From an uncultured Clostridia bacterium (GTDB lineage Bacteria; Bacillota; Clostridia; TANB77; CAG-508), in the NCBI GenBank assembly GCA_934133005.1, contig CAKPAI010000001.1:64478-128477 (forward strand): a DNA stretch of 64,000 nucleotides, written 5' to 3'. How positions within the stretch are numbered: position 1 is the first letter of the stretch; the number at the start of each line of letters is the position of its first letter. The position numbers were made by a program, and so were the translations under genes. The notes under the pieces were generated by a model that saw nothing but the letters and a program-made list of their open reading frames with translations, was not told the DNA's origin and made no database searches. Shown here one piece after another: positions 51,447 to 60,109 of this stretch.

Positions 51447-52770
51447 TTATTTTAAAAATAATGTTGCTCGAAAACCAGTATCATTATTTATTATTTGAAT
51501 ATATGTTGCATCCCATCTATTTCCTGCTGCTCCCAAAAATAAGCCAGAACTTCCTCCTCTAAATATTACATTATCATCAACTCCAATATTTAGTTCAGTT
51601 GTATATTCTACTACATTTCCTCCCATATCAAATATATTACTTTTAGCTCCTGTTTGCCCTGTGAGTAATTTCTTTCCTACTCCAGCTTCCTTTATTACAT
51701 ATCCATTACTATCCACCACTTGTTGATTAATCCAATTTTCATTGAATCCATTTATTGACGTTGCATAATTTGTCGCCCCATTGTTCATTATAAAATTTAT
51801 TGCTGTATCCCATGCATAACTTGAGCAAAGATATGTTGTTGCACTAGTTCCGTCTCCGATTTCTTTTGACAAGGAATATGCAGAAGACCATGTTTGCTTG
51901 CTACATACTTCTTTATTACTCTTAATAACTACTTTTTCATCTTCAACACCAACTTCATATCTTCCTATATAGTAACCTCCATATTTCTTTACACTTGCAA
52001 ACTCGCTGTTTATTTGTTTTACTATCTCTTTTGATACTTCTTCATTTATTCCATTATCTGTATCTGTTTTTAAATATGTTACATTACTATCTGTTAGTGT
52101 TAATTCGTCCTTCCACGCTTCTGTTTCATTATCGTTTTCAACATTCCATCTTGTTCTTTGATACTGTAATTTATCACTTCCATCCATTGCACATGGTATC
52201 CATACATATTCATTTCCAGTCGAATCTTCTTTTATTACTAGTCCCTTATCTACTAAGTTTTCTCCTTCTACTGTTGATACTGTAAAGCCTGTTGGTATTG
52301 GTGCTTTTTTACCATTTACATCTGTATAAACTGTACAATCTGTTGTTTCATTTTCACTAAAATCTTGACTACATATTTCTGATAATTTTATTTCATAATT
52401 TCCATACTCGGCTTTTGTTTTCAAAACTGTATCTGATTTCAAGTAATAACTTTCTGGCACATTTTCAAAATATCTATCTAATACATCCTTTAAGTTTGTA
52501 TTTAGGAATTCCATAGTTTTTACTTTCGTTTGCTCTGCTACAATTTCTGTTTGTACTTCATCTATTAAACTTGCTAACGTTGTATTCTTCGCTGCCTCTT
52601 TCGCTCTATTTATTAGTCCATTTTGTCCTACTACCAAATTTATTGTTACTCCTGCTAAAATTAAAAGCACTACTATCGTTACCACTAAAGCAACTAACGT
52701 TATACCGTGATTTTCTTTAAGATATCGGTGTGTGTGTGTGTGTGTGTGTGTACAGCCTCAAGGCTTTCAT
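51447..52770 (-). CDS. prepilin-like/FGE-domain paralog, currently out of frame with both upstream ATGs (track ORF 51447-52685 begins with GTG inside the hydrophobic helix)
   Basis: Body frame reads ...(TH)4 RYLKENHG|ITLVALVVTIVVLLILAGV... with FGE motifs NIFDMGGNVVEYT, RGGSSG and GFRATLFLK. ATG 52768-52770 (MKALRLY-) is at +1 relative to the body and ATG 52778-52780 (MKNYESLEAV-) at -1. The two are separated from the body by (GT)12. Confidence 0.5.
52728..52751. repeat. (GT)12 / (AC)12 dinucleotide microsatellite in the 5' region of the pilin-like gene
   Basis: Read directly from the sequence. It is the only long dinucleotide SSR in the window. Confidence 0.95.
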
Positions 52771-52894
52771 AATTTTTCATTTTATTTTTCTCCTTTGCTT
52801 TTTATCATTTATTTTAGAAATAATGTTACTCGGAAGCCATAACGAGTACCATTATCACTAGTACCACCATCGCAACGATATCCGGGCAGGACCT

Positions 52895-54142
52895 TTATTT
52901 CCATAGTATCCTCCGACGTAATACAATTGGATCTAATATCCCTGGATTTATCTCTGTTGTAAATTCTATTATATTTCCACCCATATCAAAAATATTGCTT
53001 TTAGCTGTCGTTTTTCCTGTTAGTAACCTTTCATTGTCTTCTTCTGATTTAATTATAATTCCATTATTGTTCGTTATACTCTTATTGCTCCAATTTTCAT
53101 TAAATCCATCTATTGACTTTGCGTAATTCTTTGTTCCATTATTCATTATAAAGTTTACTGCTGTATCCCACGCATAGCTTGAACATAAATACGTTGTTGC
53201 ACCGGTTCCTGCTCCTATTCCTTTTGCTAAATTATAAGCTTCTGTCCACCTTGTTGTATTTCCATTTACTGTTCCTGCATATGGTTCTTTATTTGCTTGC
53301 ACTACTGCCTTGTAATTTTCTCCTATACCTGTTTCATATCTTCCTATATAGTAACCTCCATATTTCTTTACACTTGTAAACTCGCTGTTTATTTGATTTA
53401 CTATCTCTTTTGATACTTCTTCATTTATTCCATTATCTGTTTCTGTTTTTAAATATGTTACATTGCTATCTGTTAGTGTTAATTCATCTTTCCATGATTC
53501 TGTTCCATTATCCGTTTCAACACCCCATCTTGTTCTTTGATACTGTAATTTATCGCTTCCATCCATTGAGCATGGTATCCATACATATTCATTTCCAGTC
53601 GAATCTTCTCTTATTACTAGACCTTTATCAACTAAGTTCTCTCCTTCTACTGTTGACACGGTAAAGCCTGTTGGCACTGGTGCTTTATTTCCATTTCTAT
53701 CTGTATATGTTGTACAATCTGTTGTTTCATTTTCACTAAAATCTTGACTACATATTTCTGATAATTTTATTTCATAATTTCCATACTCGGCTTTTGTTTT
53801 CAAAACTGTATCTGATTTCAAGTAATAACTTTCTGGCACATTTTCAAAATATCTATCTAATACATCCTTTAAGTTTGTATTTAGGAATTCCATAGTTTTT
53901 ACTTTCGTTTGCTCTGCTACAATTTCTGTTTGTACTTCATCTATTAAACTTGCTAACGTTGTATTCTTCGCTGCTTCTTTCGCTCTATTTATTAGTCCAT
54001 TTTGTCCTACCACTAAATTTATTGATACTCCTGCTAAAATTAAAAGTACAACAATTGTTACAACAAGCGCAACTAACGTTATACCTGAATTTTTCTTATT
54101 CATCTCACTATATATAGTTTTTATTCTATTTGCTTCTCTCAT
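52895..54142 (-). CDS. prepilin-like/FGE-domain paralog with a frameshifted, GC-rich C-terminal end
   Basis: MREANRIKTIYSEMNKKNSG|ITLVALVV… About 85% identical to 51447-52685. The ORF ends at …ILDPIVLRRRILWK*, but the other two frames over 52815-52900 encode …VGGYYGNKGPAR… and …RYGFRVTLFLK*, the expected FGE C-terminus. Confidence 0.55.
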   Translation of the reverse strand: MREANRIKTIYSEMNKKNSGITLVALVVTIVVLLILAGVSINLVVGQNGLINRAKEAAKNTTLASLIDEVQTEIVAEQTKVKTMEFLNTNLKDVLDRYFENVPESYYLKSDTVLKTKAEYGNYEIKLSEICSQDFSENETTDCTTYTDRNGNKAPVPTGFTVSTVEGENLVDKGLVIREDSTGNEYVWIPCSMDGSDKLQYQRTRWGVETDNGTESWKDELTLTDSNVTYLKTETDNGINEEVSKEIVNQINSEFTSVKKYGGYYIGRYETGIGENYKAVVQANKEPYAGTVNGNTTRWTEAYNLAKGIGAGTGATTYLCSSYAWDTAVNFIMNNGTKNYAKSIDGFNENWSNKSITNNNGIIIKSEEDNERLLTGKTTAKSNIFDMGGNIIEFTTEINPGILDPIVLRRRILWK

Positions 54143-54334
54143 TTTTTTCTCCTTTTCTTTTGCTATTTATTATTTATCGCTACGTATCTTTTTATAACTA
54201 TTTTTACAAAAATATTTTATCATAACAAATTTATTTTTGCAATACATTTTATCTTGCATTTTTATAATATATTATTTTTAATAATACTACTGTATAATTT
54301 TACCAAAAGAACAAAAAAGAAGGAGGAGACCATT

Positions 54335-54532
54335 ATGGGATTCCATGTAAAGCCACAATCAAGTAAATCAGAACCAAGTCTAAATAAAACACTTCGTTTA
54401 AAAGAATCTATGATAAATGAATTGCAAGATTTAGCCAATAAAAAAGATGTTTCATTTAATTATTTAGTAAGTCAAATGCTACAATACTGCTTAGATAATC
54501 TAGATGATGACTCTACAGGAAATGCTTCATAA
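54335..54532 (+). CDS. ribbon-helix-helix (Arc/CopG-like) small DNA-binding protein
   Basis: Start set at ATG 54335 after AGGAGG. KTLRLKESMINELQDLANKKDVSFNYLV is RHH-like. Confidence 0.4.
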   Translation: MGFHVKPQSSKSEPSLNKTLRLKESMINELQDLANKKDVSFNYLVSQMLQYCLDNLDDDSTGNAS

Positions 54533-54541
54533 GAGGCATTT

Positions 54542-54832
54542 TTATTTTCTTGTATTTACTATTTCTAATATATCCGCAATATATTTACTAATTACAGGAA
54601 TATTTAACGTTATTATTCTTTGTGCTGTATATATTAAAATTGCAGTAATTATTGAAATTCCTATGCCAATTCCAATACCTTTTATTAAACCAGATGCAAA
54701 ATTTCTCACTAATAATTTTTTAGGATTTCCTAAAAGTTCCATAGCTTCTATCAATTGATTATTTTCTAATTTCTTATTTAAGTTTCTTACCTCTTTAAAA
54801 ATTTTCTTTTCTATTTCTAATTTTTTATGCAC
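54542..54832 (-). CDS. small membrane protein, hypothetical
   Basis: ORF only. GIGIGIG plus a TM segment. Confidence 0.3.
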   Translation of the reverse strand: MHKKLEIEKKIFKEVRNLNKKLENNQLIEAMELLGNPKKLLVRNFASGLIKGIGIGIGISIITAILIYTAQRIITLNIPVISKYIADILEIVNTRK

Positions 54833-54891
54833 AAAAAAACGACCTCACTATTTTTAATTAGTTTAGCCGTTTTTTATTTATTTTATTCTAT

Positions 54892-57762
54892 TTACAATGT
54901 TTCATTTGCAATTTCATTTTTTTCCAAATTTTGAACTACTTCATTATTTCCAATTTTGTTCTCTTCAGCTTTTTGGTCCTTCTCCTTTTTTAGTTCTTCT
55001 AATCTTCTGATTAGATTTTGTAACTTCGTAATGTCTTTTCCTGTTTGCTCCCAATCTCCAGTTTTCATTGAAGCATCCAAATTTCCATTTGCTTTTATTA
55101 CTTGGTCCATAAGCTCATTTAAGTCATCTGTATTTTCAACTTCAATATTTACAGCATACTGTGATACTAAATTGCTCAAGGCTTCACTATAAGTATTTCC
55201 TATTGCTACTTTTGAACCAGAAGCAACAACCACTTTTTTAAGGACTGGCAAAGAATCTTTCTCATTAACATATTGCTGATATATTGGCTCCACATATAAT
55301 AAAGTATTATCTATTGGAACTATTATTATACCCTTAGTAATCTTTGTTCCAGTAACATTTAAACTCTCTAATTCTTTTGAAATAGTTTCATCTTGTTCTA
55401 ACTGTGTATCTAATTGCATTGGTCCTAAAACATTACTATTTTCCGCATAGTTATATAATTTTAGCACATTTTCGCCATTATCACTAACAGTTCCAACTAA
55501 ATAACTCTTAATGTTCTGTTTACCATATGGTGTATATGGTAATACTAGACTGAACTTACTCTCATCTGAGTCAACAGTTTTTGTCATTGTATAGTATGGC
55601 TCTATTGTAGTTCCTTTACTTGATGTTATTTTTCTACTTGAGCTATGTGTTGCAACAGCCCATACATCATCATTTCTGTATAGTACATCTGGTTGAACAT
55701 TATGGTATCTTTCTAATACTTCTGCTTGAATTTTATATAAATACTTAGGATAAGTAAAATGACTAGATATATCTTCTGGTATCTCCTCATCTGTAAATAA
55801 ATCTGGATAAATCTTTTTATATACCATAGCAATTGGATCTGCTTTATCTGTTATATAGAATTTGATTTCTCCGCTATAAGCATTTACAGTAACTTTTACA
55901 GAATTTCTTATATAGTTGATTTCATCTTTGCTTATTCCATTATCTTTTAATGTTGTTTTTTGTGAATATGGATAATTATTGCTTGTAGTATATGCATCAA
56001 GTACCCATATAAGCTCTCCTTCTGAATCAATTACCATATAAGGTTCTGTGTCATAAGTTAAATATGGCATTAAAGTTTTAGCTCTTTGAACTACATTTCT
56101 ATTGATTAATATCTTACTTTCATTTGTAACATTTCCTGAAAATACTAATTTTATATCCTTTTCTTTTATAGCAAGAACTAATCTATCTATAAAATTAGCT
56201 GTAATTCCGGCTTCTCCATCATAAGAGTTTTCTGTATTTTGTGTAGCATCTTGAGTTGGATAGTCAAATTCCTTCTTTCCATTACTATTTGTTACTATTG
56301 TATTATTAGTAGTTAACCCAAAATAAATTCTTGGTTCAGATATATTTATAATTTCATCACTTTTCTCAAAATCTTTTTGACTATGTATTACATTTCCATT
56401 TTCAGATACCTTTGTTGCTTGAGATATTATTGCTCCAAAGCCATGTGTATACTCATAAGTTTTTGTATTGTATGCAGATTGCTTACTTGTTATCTCTCTT
56501 GGAGAAACATAAACTAATTTTTCCTTGCCATCAATATTATATACTGCAAGTGATGTTGTTCCAAATTCATAATATCCCTTGCTTGTATTTGAACTTGATA
56601 AATCTTTCAAAAGCATATCACTTGTTACTATTGGTACATTTTCAATTGTATCTTGATTATTATTTATTGCCTCTTGTGTAATTGTACCTTCATCACTTAC
56701 TTCTATTTCATCAATATCTATTCCATATGCTTCTTTTGTATTTTTTATATTATATCCAATATATACTTTTTCTTTATCTAGCTCATTTGAATTTACATAT
56801 ATTAAGTTATATCCTACCATAACTAATAGAAGTGTAACTAGATAGCCCGGTATTACTAATATTGAAGTTATAACATTTTTAGTATTCTTCTTTTTAAAGC
56901 TTGAAATAGCTTTGAATGCTGCAATTAACATTACAGGGACAAAAATGATATATCCTATAAACTTAACTTTTACTTCTGTTATACCTGCACCATATAGCGA
57001 ATAATTTATTGTTTCTTCATTATTTAATACTAAAAACTTTTGTAATCCTATATTTTGAGTCTCCAATAGCAATAGTACTGCAATTATTACTACAAAAATC
57101 TTTAAATTAGTTAATGCTTGATTTACAAGTCCGCTTCTTTTTACACTCTCTCTTGTAATTCCATCAAAACATATATTGAAAACTAAAATGTAATATATTG
57201 CTGCATATATAGTTGAGGCAATTATTGCATACATTGCATACATTACAACTAGCTCTAGGAATGGCCATACAAATACAAAATAGCCTACATCAAGCCCTAG
57301 TATTGGATCGTTTTCTACAAATTGAGTATTATAAAAACACAACTGTGCTTTTTCTAATATAAAGCTTGATGTCGCAATTGTCACTATTGTTGCAATTATA
57401 AAAGCCATTGATTTATGTGGGAGTTTCGGCATTGGCTTTTTTTCATCTTCAAAAAAGATTTTTAATCCACTTTTTACTCTCTTTGTTGTTATATACACAA
57501 CAGAAAATACTATTGCAAAATTTATTATTGCTGTTATGCTTATATTTTTCATATTCTGATGAAATATTGAGCTATAATTTTCTCCAATTTCTTTTATTTC
57601 TAAGAATTCACCTCTAGCATAAACAAATATTGCAAGCATAGCAATTATTGCAACAATTACTACCAAAATTTTTCTAACTTTCTTTTGTTTTACTATTTCC
57701 TTCTCGTTTTGTTCTACTTTATTATTTTCTACTACTTCAGTGTTTTTTTCATTATCTTCCAC
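54892..57762 (-). CDS. UPF0182 family polytopic membrane protein
   Basis: 956 aa with multiple N-terminal TM segments and a large extracytoplasmic region (COG1615 pattern). Confidence 0.75.
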   Translation of the reverse strand: MEDNEKNTEVVENNKVEQNEKEIVKQKKVRKILVVIVAIIAMLAIFVYARGEFLEIKEIGENYSSIFHQNMKNISITAIINFAIVFSVVYITTKRVKSGLKIFFEDEKKPMPKLPHKSMAFIIATIVTIATSSFILEKAQLCFYNTQFVENDPILGLDVGYFVFVWPFLELVVMYAMYAIIASTIYAAIYYILVFNICFDGITRESVKRSGLVNQALTNLKIFVVIIAVLLLLETQNIGLQKFLVLNNEETINYSLYGAGITEVKVKFIGYIIFVPVMLIAAFKAISSFKKKNTKNVITSILVIPGYLVTLLLVMVGYNLIYVNSNELDKEKVYIGYNIKNTKEAYGIDIDEIEVSDEGTITQEAINNNQDTIENVPIVTSDMLLKDLSSSNTSKGYYEFGTTSLAVYNIDGKEKLVYVSPREITSKQSAYNTKTYEYTHGFGAIISQATKVSENGNVIHSQKDFEKSDEIINISEPRIYFGLTTNNTIVTNSNGKKEFDYPTQDATQNTENSYDGEAGITANFIDRLVLAIKEKDIKLVFSGNVTNESKILINRNVVQRAKTLMPYLTYDTEPYMVIDSEGELIWVLDAYTTSNNYPYSQKTTLKDNGISKDEINYIRNSVKVTVNAYSGEIKFYITDKADPIAMVYKKIYPDLFTDEEIPEDISSHFTYPKYLYKIQAEVLERYHNVQPDVLYRNDDVWAVATHSSSRKITSSKGTTIEPYYTMTKTVDSDESKFSLVLPYTPYGKQNIKSYLVGTVSDNGENVLKLYNYAENSNVLGPMQLDTQLEQDETISKELESLNVTGTKITKGIIIVPIDNTLLYVEPIYQQYVNEKDSLPVLKKVVVASGSKVAIGNTYSEALSNLVSQYAVNIEVENTDDLNELMDQVIKANGNLDASMKTGDWEQTGKDITKLQNLIRRLEELKKEKDQKAEENKIGNNEVVQNLEKNEIANETL

Positions 57763-57777
57763 TTATTTTAGTCCTCC

Positions 57778-58683
57778 TTATATTAAAGCCTTTACAAAAT
57801 CCCCACTATTAAATATTTCCATATCGTCAATTTGTTCTCCAACACCTATAAATTTAATAGGTACTTTATTTTCGTTTACTATACCAATTACTGCTCCACC
57901 TTTTGCACTACCATCAAGTTTTGTTAAAACTATTCCTGTTATGTTTACTGCTTCTTTAAAAGCTTGTACTTGGGAAATTGCATTTTGACCAGTTGTAGCA
58001 TCTAATACCATTAATACTTCTTGAGATGCCTCTGGAAGTTCTTTATCTATTACCCTCTTTATTTTTACAAGTTCGTCCATCAAGTATTTTTTATTATGTA
58101 ATCTTCCTGCAGTATCACATATTAGCACATCTGCTTGTTTTTCTTTGCAAACTTTAATTGCATCATATACAACAGATGCAGGGTCAATCCCTTCTTCTCT
58201 TTTTACAATTTCACATCCACTTCTTTGTGCCCATATTTCGAGTTGTTCAACTGCAGCAGCTCTAAAAGTATCTGCAGCAGCTACTACTACTTTTTTGCCA
58301 TCTTTTCTTAAATTATTTGCAATTTTCCCAATAGATGTAGTTTTTCCAACTCCATTTACTCCAACTACAAGTATAACAGATGGTTTTGTTTCTAATTTTA
58401 AAGAACTATCAGTTTCATCTAAAATTTCTTTTATTTCTTCTCTTAAAGCTCCTCTTACACCATCTTCATCTTGTATATTTTGCTTTTTTACTTTTTCTCT
58501 TAAATTTTTTATGATTATACTTGCAGTTTCTGCTCCTACATCAGATAGAATCAAAGCTTCTTCTAATTCTTCTAAAAGCTCTTCATCAACTTTTCTAAAA
58601 TTACTAAAAACATTATTCATTTTTTCATCAAATGATGTTTTAGTTTTATTTAATCCATTTTTTAATTTTTCAAAAAATCCCAT
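57778..58683 (-). CDS. ftsY: signal recognition particle receptor FtsY
   Basis: SRP GTPase motifs GVNGVGKTTS, DTAGR and TKLDG. Start set at ATG 58683 (MGFFEKLK) after GGAAAGGA. Confidence 0.9.
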   Translation of the reverse strand: MGFFEKLKNGLNKTKTSFDEKMNNVFSNFRKVDEELLEELEEALILSDVGAETASIIIKNLREKVKKQNIQDEDGVRGALREEIKEILDETDSSLKLETKPSVILVVGVNGVGKTTSIGKIANNLRKDGKKVVVAAADTFRAAAVEQLEIWAQRSGCEIVKREEGIDPASVVYDAIKVCKEKQADVLICDTAGRLHNKKYLMDELVKIKRVIDKELPEASQEVLMVLDATTGQNAISQVQAFKEAVNITGIVLTKLDGSAKGGAVIGIVNENKVPIKFIGVGEQIDDMEIFNSGDFVKALI

Positions 58684-58801
58684 AATAATCCTTTCCATCA
58701 AATAATTACCATAATTATTATAACATGCTTTTTTCAATAGTAAAAGCTTTTTAGTAAAAAATATAGTGAATGCCCAATCTTTATAGGCATTCACCAAAAG
58801 T

Positions 58802-59629
58802 TTATTTACATTCTTCTTTTATTAAATTTCCTAATTTATCATAATCTGCATCTATTTGAATTACGCCAGAAGCACCTGCTGATACAGAATACTTTGGTAA
58901 TACAATTTGTAGTTTATCAGTAAGTAATCCATAATTTCCACACTCTGTAATTATGTCTTTTAGTTTATCTTTCCAGTTATCGACAGTTCCTAATTTTTCA
59001 GTTTCAAGATAATTTTCGGCTATATTATATAATTTGTCTACCAATTGTTCATAGTCTGATGTTATATCTTTTAGTTCTACCATTTCTCCACTTTTTAGGT
59101 CATACATATAATACTTTATATCATTCCAAGAAACGCCACCAAATCCACCTGATTGTGTAAATTTAAATGTTATATAATTATCAGTTCTATTCTCCATAGT
59201 TGTAAGATATATAACGCCTAAAGTTTCACTTGATTCCACATTTTTATATTCGTCTGATGCTTTTTTTACTTCTTCCCAATTTTCGTCTGATAACTTTATT
59301 AAAGACTCTTGTATTTTGGCAGCAGCCTCTTTGTTTGATGCATTTTCAATTGTTGGTACATTTCTTACATTCTTTGATACAAGCTTTTCTCCATTATATG
59401 TATTGTACTCTTCATTTGAAAAAAAAATATTCCATTCGTCTACACCTTTTGCACTTCCTTTTACAAAAATCTCTTCACCATTTTGACTTTCTAAAACTGC
59501 TTCATTATTGTTAGTATTTTCCACTTTATTTGAATTATTTTTATAAAAAAGCATTGCTGCTATTCCTGCAAGTATTACTACAATTATTACTATCCATACT
59601 ATTATTTTTCCTGATTTATTTTTTAACAT
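58802..59629 (-). CDS. membrane-anchored DUF4163/DUF3298-like (RsiV-like) protein
   Basis: N-terminal TM segment. Composition and size are RsiV C-terminal-like. Confidence 0.35.
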   Translation of the reverse strand: MLKNKSGKIIVWIVIIVVILAGIAAMLFYKNNSNKVENTNNNEAVLESQNGEEIFVKGSAKGVDEWNIFFSNEEYNTYNGEKLVSKNVRNVPTIENASNKEAAAKIQESLIKLSDENWEEVKKASDEYKNVESSETLGVIYLTTMENRTDNYITFKFTQSGGFGGVSWNDIKYYMYDLKSGEMVELKDITSDYEQLVDKLYNIAENYLETEKLGTVDNWKDKLKDIITECGNYGLLTDKLQIVLPKYSVSAGASGVIQIDADYDKLGNLIKEECK

Positions 59630-59654
59630 ATTTTCCTCCTCATATGTAAGTTAT

Positions 59655-59730
59655 TGGAGCCACCGGCAAGAATTGAACTTGTGACCTCCGGGTTACGAAT
59701 CCGGTGCTCTACCTACTAAGCTACGGTGGC
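59655..59730 (-). tRNA. tRNA-Thr (anticodon CGT)
   Basis: Reverse complement GCCACCGTAGCTTAGTAGGTAGAGCACCGGATTCGTAACCCGGAGGTCACAAGTTCAATTCTTGCCGGTGGCTCCA, with a perfect acceptor stem and anticodon loop TTCGTAA. Confidence 0.8.
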
Positions 59731-59828
59731 ATTACATTGATATTATAATATAAGCACTTGTAAAAAGCAATAAAAAATTAAGAATATAGCAAAACACTTG
59801 CGCTATATTCTTCAATGTATTTATTTAA

Positions 59829-60011
59829 TTAGAATCCAAAGCCTCCACAGCATCCGTTGTTATTAAATAATAGTAAAAATATTATTAAGAAAAATAATAT
59901 TCCACTATTTCCATTGCAACCACAACCGCAGTTTCTTTCCATTGGTCCACATCCAGGTCCTTCTCCACAACCTCCGCAGTTTCCTCTATTTTCGTCTTGC
60001 ATATTTTTCAC
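59829..60011 (-). CDS. 60-aa Cys/Gly-rich membrane-anchored peptide
   Basis: MKNMQDENRGNCGGCGEGPGCGPMERNCGCGCNGNSG-TM-GCCGGFGF carries 11 Cys. Local GC is above background. The antisense ORF 59857-60054 is rejected. Confidence 0.35.
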   Translation of the reverse strand: MKNMQDENRGNCGGCGEGPGCGPMERNCGCGCNGNSGILFFLIIFLLLFNNNGCCGGFGF

Positions 60012-60109
60012 TTTCCTTTCCTATAGATTTATGTTATATAGTATGAATTTTTGAAAAAATGTGTTACAATGAGTATAGTTTATTGAAAGGAGTACTTTTA
60101 TAAAAACAT

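Noticed and set aside
58145-58705. 186-aa plus-strand ORF
   Set aside because: Antisense to ftsY. The translation is a low-complexity S/T/F repeat.
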